Shown here one piece after another: positions 1-12,660 of a stretch of DNA of 39,688 nt; position 1 is the stretch's first letter, and the number at the start of each line of letters is the position of its first letter. The stretch lies in contig NW_021835541.1 of NCBI RefSeq assembly GCF_006345805.1, forward strand, positions 1-39,688, given 5' to 3'. The DNA comes from Octopus sinensis. Taxonomy: Eukaryota. The notes beneath the pieces were generated by a model that made no database searches, had not been told where the DNA came from, and saw nothing but the letters and a program-made list of their open reading frames with translations. The translations under genes and the position numbers were made by a program.

Positions 1-28
1 AATATACTATATAGTACTAATGCTAATT

Positions 29-530
29 TGTATCGTCTCATTGAATTAGTAATCCCTGTGGTACATCTTTGCACCAGTATGATCCATGGTACTTTTTCGA
101 ACAAATAAATTTTGAAGTATATCTTCGAATTAATTATAGTTGTATCTCTTTGAACTACTAGGCTCTGTAGTACCTATTTGAACTAGAAATGTTTGCCAAA
201 TCACTTTACCCTAGTATACCCTGCAGTACATTGAACAGGTATATGCTGTGGTACGTCTTTAAACTTTGAGGTTTTGTAGTACCTCATTGAATTAGTAAAA
301 ACTGTAGTATCTCCTTGAACAAATAAAATTTGTGGTACTTCTTTAAACTAGTAAACGCTATATGGTACCTGTTTTAACTTGAACGTGTTGTAGTACTTCA
401 TAAAACCAGTACATTTTATGGTATCTTTTAGCACTAATATACACTATAGTACCTCATTGAACGAATGTGATTTGCATTATCTCTTTAAACTACTAATCTC
501 TGTGGTACCTCTTTGAACGAGTAGAATCCG
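29..530. repeat. Degenerate ~28-bp tandem minisatellite, roughly 18-19 units, core TGTRGTACYTCWTTGAAC
   Basis: Successive 28-nt units such as tgtagtacctcattgaattagtaaaaac / tgtagtatctccttgaacaaataaaatt / tgtggtacttctttaaactagtaaacgc; one interruption near 200-220; may continue left of the window. Confidence 0.85.
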
Positions 531-2049
531 TGATTTTGCGGTACATAGATTCAAGTATTTCTTTGAATCAGCGTGATTCGTAATATCTCAGTCCGAGTAA
601 CCTACAACGCATTCTTCAACACACCTCTTCTGTCACATCATGCATACCATATTCCACACACAGCACATCAAGCACTTACAACCTTACTTTCCCGAATCTG
701 TTGATTTTTAAGATTCTCTTTCATTTTAAAAAAGATTTCGTCACCCCTGAACCTAACCAACTTTCATCAAACTCCCCCTACCGGAAGGGAATGCATAGCT
801 CATTGATTTCCCTGTTCCGGTTGACAATATGTAACATTTAAAACAACAGTTGAAGATGCAAGCGTGAGTATCGTCTGGCGGCGTAACTGCATACCATTGC
901 TTCAAACTGCTGAGAATTTCCACTAATATTTTATCAGTTTAAATAAATGTTTCCCAGTTTAAATATGTTATATAAATGCCTGCAAAATAACGGTAAATCA
1001 TTGTTCGCTTCTATTTATTTGTAAAGTTATTTTCATGTACATACATAATACACACATGCTCACACATATCTATACACACGGATGAGAGAGTTAGTGTGGT
1101 ACCTTTGTAAATATGTGTATATTATATATAAGGACATATATATACATGCATATACATATATGCATATACATGTGTATATATACATATATAAACATATCAT
1201 GCATATTATAAATATACATAACTATGTGTGTGTGTATCCTCATTTCTCTTCTCAATCTCTCTCTCACTAGAATATATATATATATATATATAATGTAACA
1301 CATATACATACATATACATATATATACACCCCACACCCACACACACACACACCACACATATATATATATATATATATATAAAGAACACATAGATTTTTGC
1401 CTCGCTTCGTCGATAACGAATCATAAAAGTGCCAAAATATAATATAATATTTGGTTTATCTTCAGCGCGATTTCTCTGGTCTTGGAGAAGGTGAGGAATG
1501 GTAACATGAGAACTATGTACTATACATTTTGGCAGTAATCAGCTGTCTTTACGTTCTAATTTCCAAATTATATCTCAATGGACGTTATACAATCTCATGT
1601 AAATAGCATTTAATTATAATGGCATTAAATGGCAGAGTAAACAGAATGGAAAACGAGAGGATGAATGTTGGTATAACAAAAAGTCTTGTGGAGAAAGGAG
1701 AAAACATAGAAACATAGAGCGAGAAGAGAGAAAGCATTTAAAATTTTGAAGGTAGAGAGAGGGGAATCAAATGGAGAACGGAAATGTGTATACACGTATG
1801 TAGGTACAGTAGAGTGTATTTGTGTATGAAGATGAGAGACCGATCAGATTCATATGTAAGCGGTGTAAAGAATTTATGAGAAAGACATATAGGGAGCAAA
1901 GAAGAATAAGAATAGAAAGAATAAAGAAAATAAAATGAAGGGAAGAATAAATTTTAAGATATTAAATTGAAGCTGTATTGATAATGTCGTCAACAACACC
2001 AAGATTCAGCTTAGCTTTCAAAAGTCTAGTTATTTACTATTTGTTTTGT

Positions 2050-2071
2050 TATTGTTGTTGTCGATGATGAA

Positions 2072-2105
<34 letters not shown>

Positions 2106-2155
2106 ACGGTGTTGTTGTTGTTGTGGTGGTGGTGGTGGTGGAGGTGGTGTTGTTG

Positions 2156-2187
<32 letters not shown>

Positions 2188-2195
2188 GGTGAGTA
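2050..2195. repeat. Compound trinucleotide microsatellite (GAT)n/(GTT)n/(GGT)n
   Basis: Read directly; explains the poly-H/P/Q/V ORFs in the track. Confidence 0.95.
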
Positions 2196-2542
2196 TTGGT
2201 GCAGATGCGGTCGGCGTGTATTCTTGTTTTGTTCTTTGTGTTTTAGTAGTGAAAGACTTAAGAAAATCAAATTCAAATTTGATAGTTTCTTGCTTGAATG
2301 TAATTTTAATATCAAGAATATATCAGTTACGGTCATTAGCTTAGATATTGACTGGCTGATGAAGTTATAAGAACGTGGAAGATTGTAGAATGGTAGACGT
2401 ATGTGGGTAGGGGGGTAAAGAAGACGAAGGTTATAGAAAAATTTAAGAACCTTCAGTGATTTGTCTGAATTCTTATAGAACATCATAAATAAGGTAATAT
2501 TTATATAAGGACAGTACCCCCATCTACAGTAATATACATACT

Positions 2543-2582
<40 letters not shown>

Positions 2583-2620
2583 AACACATACCACCACACA
2601 TATATTATATATATTATATT

Positions 2621-2653
<33 letters not shown>

Positions 2654-2800
2654 TATACATATATATATATATATGTTTGTATGTATATATTGTGCTGTGT
2701 GTGGTATATATATATATATATACAGACACACACACATATATATATATGTAAATATATATGTATACACACACACACACATACACACACGCACGCACATATA

Positions 2801-3150
2801 TCGTCGTGGCACTCCGTCAGATACGACGACGAGGGTTCCAGTTGATCTAATCAACGGAACAGCTTGTTCGTGAAATTAACTTGCAAGTGGCTGAGCACTC
2901 CACAGACACGTGCACCCTTAAAGTAGTTCTCGAAGAGATTCAGTGTGAAATAAAGTGTGACAAAGCTGGTCTTTTGAAATACAGGTACAACAGAAACAGG
3001 AAGAAAGAGTGAGAGAAATTGGTGAAAGAGTACATCAGGGTCCGCCACCACTCACTGCGGGAACATCGTGGAGTTCTAGGTATTTTCGCTCAATAAACAC
3101 TTACAAAGCTCGGTCTGGGAATCGAAACCGCGATCTAGCGACCGCGATTC
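2801..3150 (-). mobile_element. tRNA-derived SINE, family C (single copy in window)
   Basis: Minus strand starts with a tRNA-like head including B-box GGTTTCGATTCC (about 3130-3119), then a ~300-nt body ending ...CTGGAACCCTCGTCGTCGTATCTGACGGAGTGCCAC, running into CA/TA repeats. The body resembles an abundant octopus repeat (from memory). Confidence 0.65.
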
Positions 3151-3423
3151 CACACACACATACATGATTAATATTCGTAGCCACTTTAACATAGCTGTCC
3201 GTTTGAGTAGTCTCTACTGCGATTTTTTAACCCCAAAAGGTCATCTCCTCTAGCTGGTTAACGACGCACAGCTGCAACCGATAAAATTGCAGGCAGGGGA
3301 GCAGACCCCTACCCTCTCCCAGCGATGGGACCATTAGACTAGTCCTGAATTCGGACTATTTCTGCCACAGCTCATTACTGGACAACTCATCTGCTAGAGA
3401 TGACAGCAGCTTGGTTCTGTGCG

Positions 3424-3476
<53 letters not shown>

Positions 3477-3526
3477 CATATATAAACACACCGTCGCTGA
3501 TTTTGCATCAAGCAAAAATGCTAGCT

Positions 3527-3567
<41 letters not shown>

Positions 3568-3585
3568 TCTTTATATATGTATGCT

Positions 3586-3629
<44 letters not shown>

Positions 3630-4406
3630 AGAATTCTGATAATTTTTGAGCATTTCCTTATTTAAGATGTCATTAATAAATTGACACATTCTAAACAATT
3701 TTTTCCAAGACATCGAAATATTGGAACTTTTCAATTTGAGTCAAGTATATTAGAAAGTTGTAACTCAAAAATTTCACTCTTGAGGAAAGCACATTTTAAA
3801 GTTCTATGTGGAAATTATTTTGCCTTCCCGTATTACATAACTAATAGATTTGTACACCAATTAAAGTATAGCATTTAATATTTAAGGAATTACAAATGTA
3901 GAATATTAAAATTTGAGCATTTTTAATTAATTAAGGTATTTTAATATATATATGTGAAGTTAATTTATTCAACATTCAAATTTAATCAAATGGCGTACCT
4001 GCAGAAAACAATTTCGTTGAATAAAAAATGTTGTGACTTTCAGTCGATATTGGTTACGACAATGGACTCCTTGCAGAAATTATGGCAGCTCTTTGTTATT
4101 GTGAACTCTTAGCAAAGGTTCGCAAGATATTTTTCTTTCATCTTCGCAATAACCATCCAACCATGGCACAGATGCTCAAAAGGCACTTTTTTTCCTACTT
4201 TATCCAGGAGTTTTTCTTTTGTTTTCTTCTTCATCATTCTGACTAATTGTTCTCTTGGTTCCATGGAATTAACCTCATGTATATTAACCGTTTTAAATAA
4301 GTTATGAGACATGCTATATGATAACCGATAGCATCTGGGGCTGAATAACAACAACTGATCGTAGCTTAATGGGAACCTCAAGCTTTTAAGGCGTGCCATA
4401 CAGTAT

Positions 4407-4640
4407 ACTCTTTTACTCTTTTACTTGTTTCAGTCATTTGACTGCGGCCATGCTGGAGCACCGCCTTTAGTCGAGCAAATCGACCCCAGGACTTATTCTT
4501 TCTAAGCCCAGTACTTATTCTATCGGTCTCTTTTGCCGAACCGCTAAGTGACGGGGACGTAAACACACCAGCATCGATTGTCAAGCAATGCTAGGGGGAC
4601 AAACACAGACACACAAACATATACACACACATACATACAT
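4407..4640 (-). mobile_element. SINE family A, 3' module only (5'-truncated)
   Basis: Matches the 3' half of full copies (e.g. 31019-31450): ...GCGGTGCTCCAGCATGGCCGCAGTCAAATGACTGAAACAAGT(AAAAGAGT)n. Confidence 0.9.
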
Positions 4641-5330
4641 ACATATATATATATTATATATATATATATATAATATATATATATATATATTATATATTAT
4701 AATATATATATAATATAACCAACACCGGTTGTCAAACAGTGTTGGGCAACAAGCACCACACACACGCATGTATGTGAACATATATGCATACATATAGGTA
4801 TAGAAGAACGTGTGTGTATATATATATGTATAATTATATATATACATGTATGCGTTTGTATAATACACACACACGCACACACACACATACACACACACGA
4901 GTAAGCACATAAATGCAAAACAGGGTGGAAAAAATTGTACTCGAATACGGAAGGTAAAGTAATTTGCTTTTTTTGTTAAAGCTCTAAAAGACATCACAAA
5001 AACTGTGATTGAGAGTTTCACGTTCCATTTCATCGGACAATGTGATGAAAACTAGAATAAAGTAAAATATACATGCGTATATGTGTACATGCGTGTATGT
5101 CTGGGCATGTACATATGTATGCCTGAAGGTATATGTATATATGTAGAGATGCGTGTATGCATGTATACACATGAATATCTATGCATATGTATTTATGCTT
5201 GTATGTGCTTATCTATATGTATATTCGTACACATATATGAAGGTGTATGTATGTTAACGTGTGTGTATGTATATATATATATATATGTGAGTGTGTATTT
5301 ATACACACACACACACACACACATATATAT

Positions 5331-5706
5331 ACTCTTTACTCTTTAACAGTTTACTTGTTTCAGTCATTTGGCTGCGGCCATGCTGAAGCACCTCCTTTAG
5401 TCGAGCAAATCGACCCCGGGACTTATTCTTTGTAAGCCCAGTACTTATTCTATCGGTCTCTTTTTGCCGAACCGCTAATGACGGGGACGTAATCACACCA
5501 GCATCGGTTGTCAAGCAATGCTAGGAGGACAAACACAGACACACAAACACATACACACACATACATATATATACATATATACGACAGGCGTCTTTCAGTT
5601 TCCGTCTACCAAATCCACTCACAAGGCATTGGCCGGCCCGGGTCTATAGCAGAAGACACTTGCCCAAGATGCCACGCAGTGGGACTGAACCCGGAACCAT
5701 GTGGTT
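5331..5706 (-). mobile_element. SINE family A, slightly 5'-truncated
   Basis: Colinear with full copies from AACCACATGGTTCCGG to the tail; ATATATA-like sequence on both flanks. Confidence 0.92.
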
Positions 5707-6711
5707 ATATATAAAAGAGGAATTGTCTGTTTGTCCCACAAAGTAAAATGAATCCCAGACACCATCTCTCTATGATTTTCTTTCCATGTCTCCTTTATTC
5801 TCTCTTCCTCTCGATATTCTCTGTCTGTCTGCCATGCTATTTCAAAGAGGTTCCGTCTCTTTGCTTCTCCCGCAAATTCAAACTGAAATCAGACATCATC
5901 GCTTTATGATTTTCATTCTTTTCTATATCTATTTTCCCTCTCTTTCTTTTTCTCTCTTTCTTTCTGTCATCCTTCTTTCTTTCTTTATCCCCATTTTTTC
6001 TCTCTATCTGTCTAATACCATCGCACAGTCAAAACATATTCTTCTATATGATATAGCTATTTTTCTACCTTCATTCACGTTGAAATGAATCTTTCAATTA
6101 TCCTTGAACATTCTCTTATGTAATACAGACATACAGTACAAGTAACCTGCTTCAAATTCGATGAAGAACAGTTTCTTACACTCAGTCCAATATGTAATTC
6201 AACTCATTCGATGATTCGATGATTTCGAGGATGAAACCTTTCCTAATCTTTTTCATAATTATAACAATACAGATTGGATCTGTGAGCGAGCTATTCTGGC
6301 TCCAAAATATTCGCTTATAACTCAATTAGCAGAGTTGTTGATGTCAAGATGATGTTAACTACCCCATCGAAAGTTCGAACTCACTGCAACCATCAGGTAC
6401 AGCTCCTCATGATTTTCAGTTGAAAAAATAGACTCCTATTATGCTATTACATAATTTGTCTCAACCAAAATTATGCAATGGTACAAGATTGTGCACAAAC
6501 TCATGAGGAATTGCATCGAGGCAAATATTCTCACTGGTTGTGGTAAAGGTGACACCATCTTCATTCCTCGCATATCAGTTATACCATCTAATGTCCCATT
6601 CCAATTTAAACGGTTAGTTTCCTATCTGAGTTTCTTTTTTCATGAGCATTAATAAAATATTATCCCAGTCATGATCACAAATGTCCGACGAACGGGAACG
6701 TGAAACTCTAG
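5707..6711 (+). mobile_element. Internally deleted Helitron carrying a helicase remnant
   Basis: 5' end TATATAAAAGAGGAATTGTCTGTTTGTC is like invertebrate Helitron starts; PIF1-helicase homology at 6230-6656; 3' short GC hairpin (CCGACGAACGG, about 6685-6695) followed by CTAG|T at 6708-6712. The 5' boundary is uncertain. Confidence 0.7.
6230..6656 (+). pseudogene. Helitron RepHel PIF1-family helicase C-terminal fragment (stop and frameshifts)
   Basis: Hand translation gives [26 protein letters not shown]...[44 protein letters not shown]...LMRNCIEANILTGCGKGDTIFIPRISVIPSNVPFQFKR...MSINK. This matches the Helitron helicase motifs [22 protein letters not shown] and IPRIPMIP..PFQFKRLQFP...AMTINK. 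Confidence 0.9.
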
Positions 6712-6890
6712 TTCTTTTTTTTATGTCTTTGCAGCTTTAGTAAACTTGTGTGTGTGTGTGTGTGTTGTGTGTGTGTATGTCCTCCAAGTCTTCCTGCGTT
6801 CACCAATTCCTTTATATACAATACCAACACATCGGCGCTTATAAGTTTGTAAAAAGTATATATATTACAATATATATATATGTATGTATG

Positions 6891-6925
<35 letters not shown>

Positions 6926-6977
6926 ATATATATATATATATATGTTGGTGTGTGTATATATATATATGTGTGGTGTA

Positions 6978-7009
<32 letters not shown>

Positions 7010-7010
<1 letters not shown>

Positions 7011-7145
7011 TGACTGCGGCCATGCTGGACCACCACCTTTAGTCGAGCAAATCGACCCCAGGACTTATTCTTTGGAAGCCTATAACTTATTCTATCGGTT
7101 CTTTTGGCGAACCGATGCTGGAGAAGCAATCACAGACATACAAAC
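7010..7145 (-). mobile_element. SINE family A, 3' fragment with internal deletion
   Basis: TTGACTGCGGCCATGCTGG...GCCGAACC joined directly to GATGCTGG; flanked by TA-rich tracts. Confidence 0.85.
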
Positions 7146-7209
7146 ATATATGTGTATATGTGTATACTATATATATATATATATATCATAATATATATAT
7201 ATAAATATG

Positions 7210-7990
7210 AATATAAGGGTAGCAAAAAAACTCTAGAAAAAATTCTCCGCTACCAGCGGTCTAGTGAGAAAGAAAAGATAGTCAAAGACTATATAATATA
7301 CATTCAACAATATAAGGAATGACCCTGATAGGCCATTCGACCCACTAGAAAGAGTAGCCAAACTCAAACCGCTAATTAGTTGTAATTCTGAAATTGGAAG
7401 AGAAATAAAAACATTTACCCTTTTCATCTCTGGACTATGCATAGTTTCGACAAACTTTGCTAAACAAATTAATTAAATTAAATTAAATTTGCTTACAACT
7501 GGCGTGTCACGTCAGCAGAGAAGCCGAGGACGAGAATATGTCCAGGAGGCAACAGCAAGAAAGCCTCAAGCCTATATGCTCTAAATTTTCAAAATCCACC
7601 GCCACCGCGCGGTTTTCTCAGCAGCAAATATAAACTGCTGATTTAATTTCAAAATTGGCTTTAAAAAAAAGATCATTAATTAATAAATATAAGGGAAGCA
7701 AAAAAAATTCAAGAAAAATTCTCCGCTACCAGCGGTCTAGTGAGAAAGGAAAGATAGTCATAGACTATATAATATACATTCAGCAATATAAGGAATGGCC
7801 CTGGTAGGCCATTCGACCCACCAGAAAGAGTAGCCAAACTCAAATAGTTGTAATTCTGAAATTGGACCCTTTTCATCTCTGGACTATGCATAGTTTCGAC
7901 AAACTTTTGTAACAATTTAATTTTTTACAAAGATTGTCGAAACTATGCATAGTTCAGAGATGAAAAGGGTAAATATTTTTATTTCTCTTC
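7210..7990. repeat. Unclassified element: two ~230-250-bp direct repeats plus an inverted partial third copy
   Basis: 7210-7458 is nearly identical to 7686-7907 (second copy has two deletions); 7925-7990 is the reverse complement of the repeat's distal part; TA-rich tracts on both sides. Confidence 0.85.
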
Positions 7991-7992
7991 GT

Positions 7993-8047
<55 letters not shown>

Positions 8048-8062
8048 GATGTGTGTATACAT

Positions 8063-8215
8063 GACGAATTTCTTTCAATTTTCGTCTAACAGATCGACAC
8101 ACTAGGCTTCAATCGAACTGCGGGAACAGTAGAAGATATTTAACCTTTGTGACACCGAGTGAGACTAAATTCGGTACCATGTGGTTCGGAGGCAAACTTC
8201 TTACCACTCAGCCAC
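8063..8215 (-). mobile_element. Old diverged SINE family A 5' module
   Basis: Degenerate match to TTTCAGTTTCCGTCTACCAAATCCAC...CCATGTGGTT...CTTACCACACAGCCAC. Confidence 0.6.
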
Positions 8216-8316
8216 GTATGCATCTATGTTATATACAAATGTATATTTCTTTTGTTCGCTTTAGCGATTGCCTTTGTGCGAGAACGCGTATGATTGTGTA
8301 AATATGCGTATGTGTG

Positions 8317-8348
<32 letters not shown>

Positions 8349-8529
8349 TAGAGACCATCATGTAAAGGATTACATAAGCATTGTTCTTCTCTGTGCATGA
8401 ATAAATACTGTGAAGTGTGTATGTGGATCTATGTATGTCTGCAGGTCTATGTACGTGATTGTATGCGTATTTCTGTGTTTGCGTTGAGTTGTGTGAATGT
8501 GTGTGAGAGCAAGTGTATGAGTGTGCATA

Positions 8530-8589
<60 letters not shown>

Positions 8590-8595
<6 letters not shown>

Positions 8596-8992
8596 ACTCT
8601 TTTACTCTTTTACTTGTTTCAGTCATTTGACTGCGGCCATGCTGGAGCACCGCCTTTAGTCGAGCAAATCGACCCCGGGACTTATTCTTTGTAAGCCCAG
8701 TACTTATTCTATCGGTTTCTTTTACCGAACCGCTAAGTGACGGGGACGTAAACACACCAGCATCGGTTGTCAAGCAATGCTAGGGGGAATAACACAGACA
8801 CACAAACACACACGCGCACACATATATATATATACATATATACGACAGGCTTCTTTCAGTTTCCGTCTACCAAATCCACTCACAAGGCATTGGTCAGCCC
8901 GAGGCTATAGCAGAAGACACTTGTCCAAGATGCCACGCAGTGGGACTGAACCCGGAACCATGTGGTTGGTAAGCAAGCTACTTACCACACAG
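8590..8992 (-). mobile_element. SINE family A, near full length
   Basis: Colinear with other copies; lacks only about the first 12 nt; tail abuts a (CT)n tract at about 8532-8592. Confidence 0.93.
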
Positions 8993-9494
8993 AGATCACG
9001 TTTGTCTATGACTTCCAGTTGTTTTGATACCAAGTGAATTGATGAGAAAATATTCTCTCTCATCTACAATGGCAGCCTGCCCACGAACTGGCAAAACACA
9101 TACTTTGTGTTTATTTGTATGTTTGATATTGTTTATATCCCTCGGATTGCCTCTCATTCGTACTTGAATTTTTTCCATACTATGAAACATTGGGGCATAC
9201 CAGATGGTCCTTACACCGTTTTCTATATAGTCATGGTGAGCGATTTAGCTTACATCTGGCCAATTTTCGGGCACACGGTATAGACAGCTCACAAGGATGA
9301 TTAAACATCGGTGTCTATCTCTCCTGTAACGGGATCTGATGTGAGTTATCTCGCTTGTCTACGACCTCCAGATGTTTTAACACTAGTCGAATAGATGAGA
9401 ATATATTTCCTTACACCCTTAATTGCAATCTATCCACGAACGGCCAAAACATGCCTTGTGTATTTGTGTCCGATATTGTTTATATATATTTACA

Positions 9495-9532
9495 GACAGA
9501 CAGACAGACGACAGACAGACAGACAGACAGAC

Positions 9533-9617
<85 letters not shown>
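9495..9617. repeat. (GACA)n(GATA)n tetranucleotide array at the LINE 3' junction
   Basis: Read directly. Confidence 0.97.
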
Positions 9618-9618
<1 letters not shown>

Positions 9619-12263
9619 CTTTCTTTTATTAGCCACACAGGGCTGAATACAGAGGGGACAAATACAAATGCAGAGCTTTTCTTTTCGAGGGCGGAAAAAA
9701 ATAAAAAATGTAAGATTGCGATCAAAAGGGATCGAGAGGAGGAAAAAAAGGAAAAAAAAGGAAATCGTGTATCACAGAAATAATGATGTAAACATTGATA
9801 TAACAAGATTGGGTTCATCCGTGGGAAGAAAAGCCTACAGAAAAGACCACGGGAACCCCAGTCAGGGAGGAAATAAAACCATGAGATCAAAAATGCTCTC
9901 TTTCTTTCTTTTTTACGATCTACAGGATCATGCTCAAAATGGTTTCGTTACTAGCACGCACCATCTTTGCAACATTCACCCATCTTCTTTTGAATCTTTC
10001 GCGAGACAAAACTTCCCTCTCCATTCTCACCTTCCTTTTCAAGTGGTACTTGAAAAAGTTGATGAGCGATTGGCCAGAGAGGTAAGTGTTTGTCTCTAAT
10101 CCTTTCGCTCGAGTCCACCACACACATTCTTTCACCATGGCCACCAGTACGATGAAAACTGCCTTGCCTTCCCGGTTGAGGGAAGGGGGCGGAGCAATTC
10201 TCAAGATAGACTCGGCCGATAGGCGGATTCGTCCCACACGTGACAGCAGCCGTTCGGCATAAGCCCACAGGTCGGAAATGGTTGGACATTGCACGAGTGC
10301 GTGCAGAACGGTTTCGTCGCTCTGGCCGCATCTCGGGCAAGTCGGTCCAGTGTGTCTGGAACCGTGTCTGTAGAGCTTATCCCGAACAGGTAATGCTTCT
10401 CGATAGCACTACCAGGCCAGGGATCTTTGGTGATTGTTCATAGGTCCCGGCCCGAAAGTTGTCCTGAACAGGCGGGTCAGGTGTTCCTCGTCGACGCCCA
10501 GACTCTGCCCGAGTTCGTCGTCGCACCTCCCCTCCACTAATCCTCTATAGAATGCCTTTGTTGTGATGGAGTCGCACAAGTTCGATCCCGGACGGCAGAG
10601 TTGCTTGAGAGCAACGCGACACTCGCGGTGCCATTCGCCTAGCCTCGGTCTCTGCTTGATCCATGACTGTAGTTCGTCCAAGGAGACGAGCTGCGGGAAA
10701 GCGCGCCGCACAAAAGGCGACCACCCCTGTTCACCGTTGTCTATGAAGCGCCGGAGATGTCGCAGTCTCAGCGCATGTCTGCGCATCATCAACCACGGCA
10801 TGCCCAGCCCTCCATTTAGCGGGTGTTGGCAGCAAATGGATCGCCTAACCATCGGAACGTTTCCCTTCCACAAGAAGCGGAAGAGTATGCGTTCCAGTTT
10901 GGTGATGGTAGGGTCGGGACAAGGCACGACGGTCAGACGATACTCGATGACGGATGCGATGTACGCGTTCGCCACCTCCGCCCGACCTTTTAGGGATAGC
11001 TTTCTCTCAGTCCATTTCTGGGTGAGAGTAGCCACCCTAGTCGTTATCTCGCCCCAGTTCTTCTCCATTTGGAGGTCCGGACCGAACCAGACCCCGAGCA
11101 ATTTAACCGGTCCGTCCGTCCAGCGTCCCACGATGGAGACGCTGTTGGACGGCATGGGCTTGCTTCTCCAGGTGCCGAGCCGCAAGCCCACTGACTTTTC
11201 CCGGTTAATTTTTGCTCCCGTTACCGCTTCGTATTCTTTCAGTGTCTCGCCGACCAGCTCGATGTGCTCGTAGCTCGACACTATGACGGTGACGTCATCC
11301 GCGTATGCAGACACGCTCCTCCCGCATCCCAGCTCTCGTGGGATGCCCCTCAGCGTCGCCAGTTTCCGCAGTAGTGGCTCAAGAGTCAGTACATACAGCA
11401 GCGATGAGAGGGGGCATCCCTGACGAACCGAACGCATGATGTTAAAAGGTCTGGATAGATGACCATTTACGCGAACTACTGAGCGGATGCCGCTGTATAA
11501 GGCAGCGATCCAACCGCGGAAAACTGGACCGAAACCAGCCGCTTTGAGGACAGCCTCCAAGTAGTGATGGTCTACCCTATCGAAGGCTTTTGATTGATCC
11601 AAATTGATCAGCGCCCCACCCATGCTAGGATTTTTAACTACCCTGTCTATGATGTAGCGCATCAGATGGAGGTTGTCATGAATACTTCTACCCGGCACGG
11701 CGCATGTTTGCGCCTTGTCGATTAGTTTCTTGATGACAAGCGCCAACCTCTCGGCTAACACCTTGGCCAAATTTTCAAATCTGCGTTGAGCAGAGTGATG
11801 GGCCTGAAATTATCTATGACGTCCCCCTTGTTTGGGTCTTTCTTGATCAGTGCCACTGCTCCTCGCTTTACAAAAGCAGGAATACTCCCGTTCTGCTGCC
11901 AGTTGCAGTAGACAGCTGCCAAGACGCCTCCAAACAAGTCTGGCATATGAAAATAAAATTCGTAGGGCAGACCATCCAAGCCTGGTGACTTGTCTCTCGC
12001 GCAGCCTACCATCGCATCCTGTACGTCCGCAGCTGTGATAGGCTTTTCACAAGACTCCACCTCCCTTGCTGAGAGTCGTGGCAAGGCATGCAGGTAGGCA
12101 CTAAAGTCCACTCTGCTTTCTGACTCACCACTTGTCCCAAACAGTTGGGTGAAGTGTTGTTGAAAAACCCCACACATCCTTTTAGGCTCGAGCAATTCGC
12201 GCCCCTGTTCATCTATAAGAGACTTGATGGTGGCTCTGTTGCCTCGTTGCGTCTCCACCACTC
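9618..12263 (-). mobile_element. 5'-truncated Tx1/L1-clade non-LTR retrotransposon
   Basis: RT motifs (LDQSKAFDRV, VRQGCPLSSLLY, SAYADDV, LLGVWFG), C-terminal zinc-binding region CPRC...HALVQC, ~300-nt 3' UTR with AATAAA (minus strand, 9630-9625) running into (TATC)n. No endonuclease or ORF1 present. Confidence 0.92.
9920..12263 (-). pseudogene. Tx1-type ORF2 (linker, reverse transcriptase, zf-RVT), disrupted
   Basis: Track ORFs 11755-12444, 10409-11770 and 9920-10294 join into one protein. A 1-nt deletion near 11770 turns [15 protein letters not shown] into NADLKIW..., and there is an in-frame TAG at 10409-10411 (RSLAW*CYREALP). Confidence 0.92.

Positions 12264-12660
<397 letters not shown>

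Noticed and set aside
29-530. CRISPR-like repeat/spacer appearance of the 28-bp array
   Set aside because: Eukaryotic context, degenerate repeats, variable parts only ~10 nt, and no cas genes.
781-820. Imperfect hairpin CCGGAAGGGAAT...ATTTCCCTGTTCCGG
   Set aside because: Short, interrupted stem with no supporting context; probably chance or a small TE remnant.
4109-4399. 96-aa minus-strand ORF with ordinary composition
   Set aside because: No recognisable motif, it starts at the edge of a SINE, and I found no convincing splice sites.
10563-11273. 236-aa plus-strand ORF
   Set aside because: Antisense shadow of the GC-rich Tx1 RT coding sequence.
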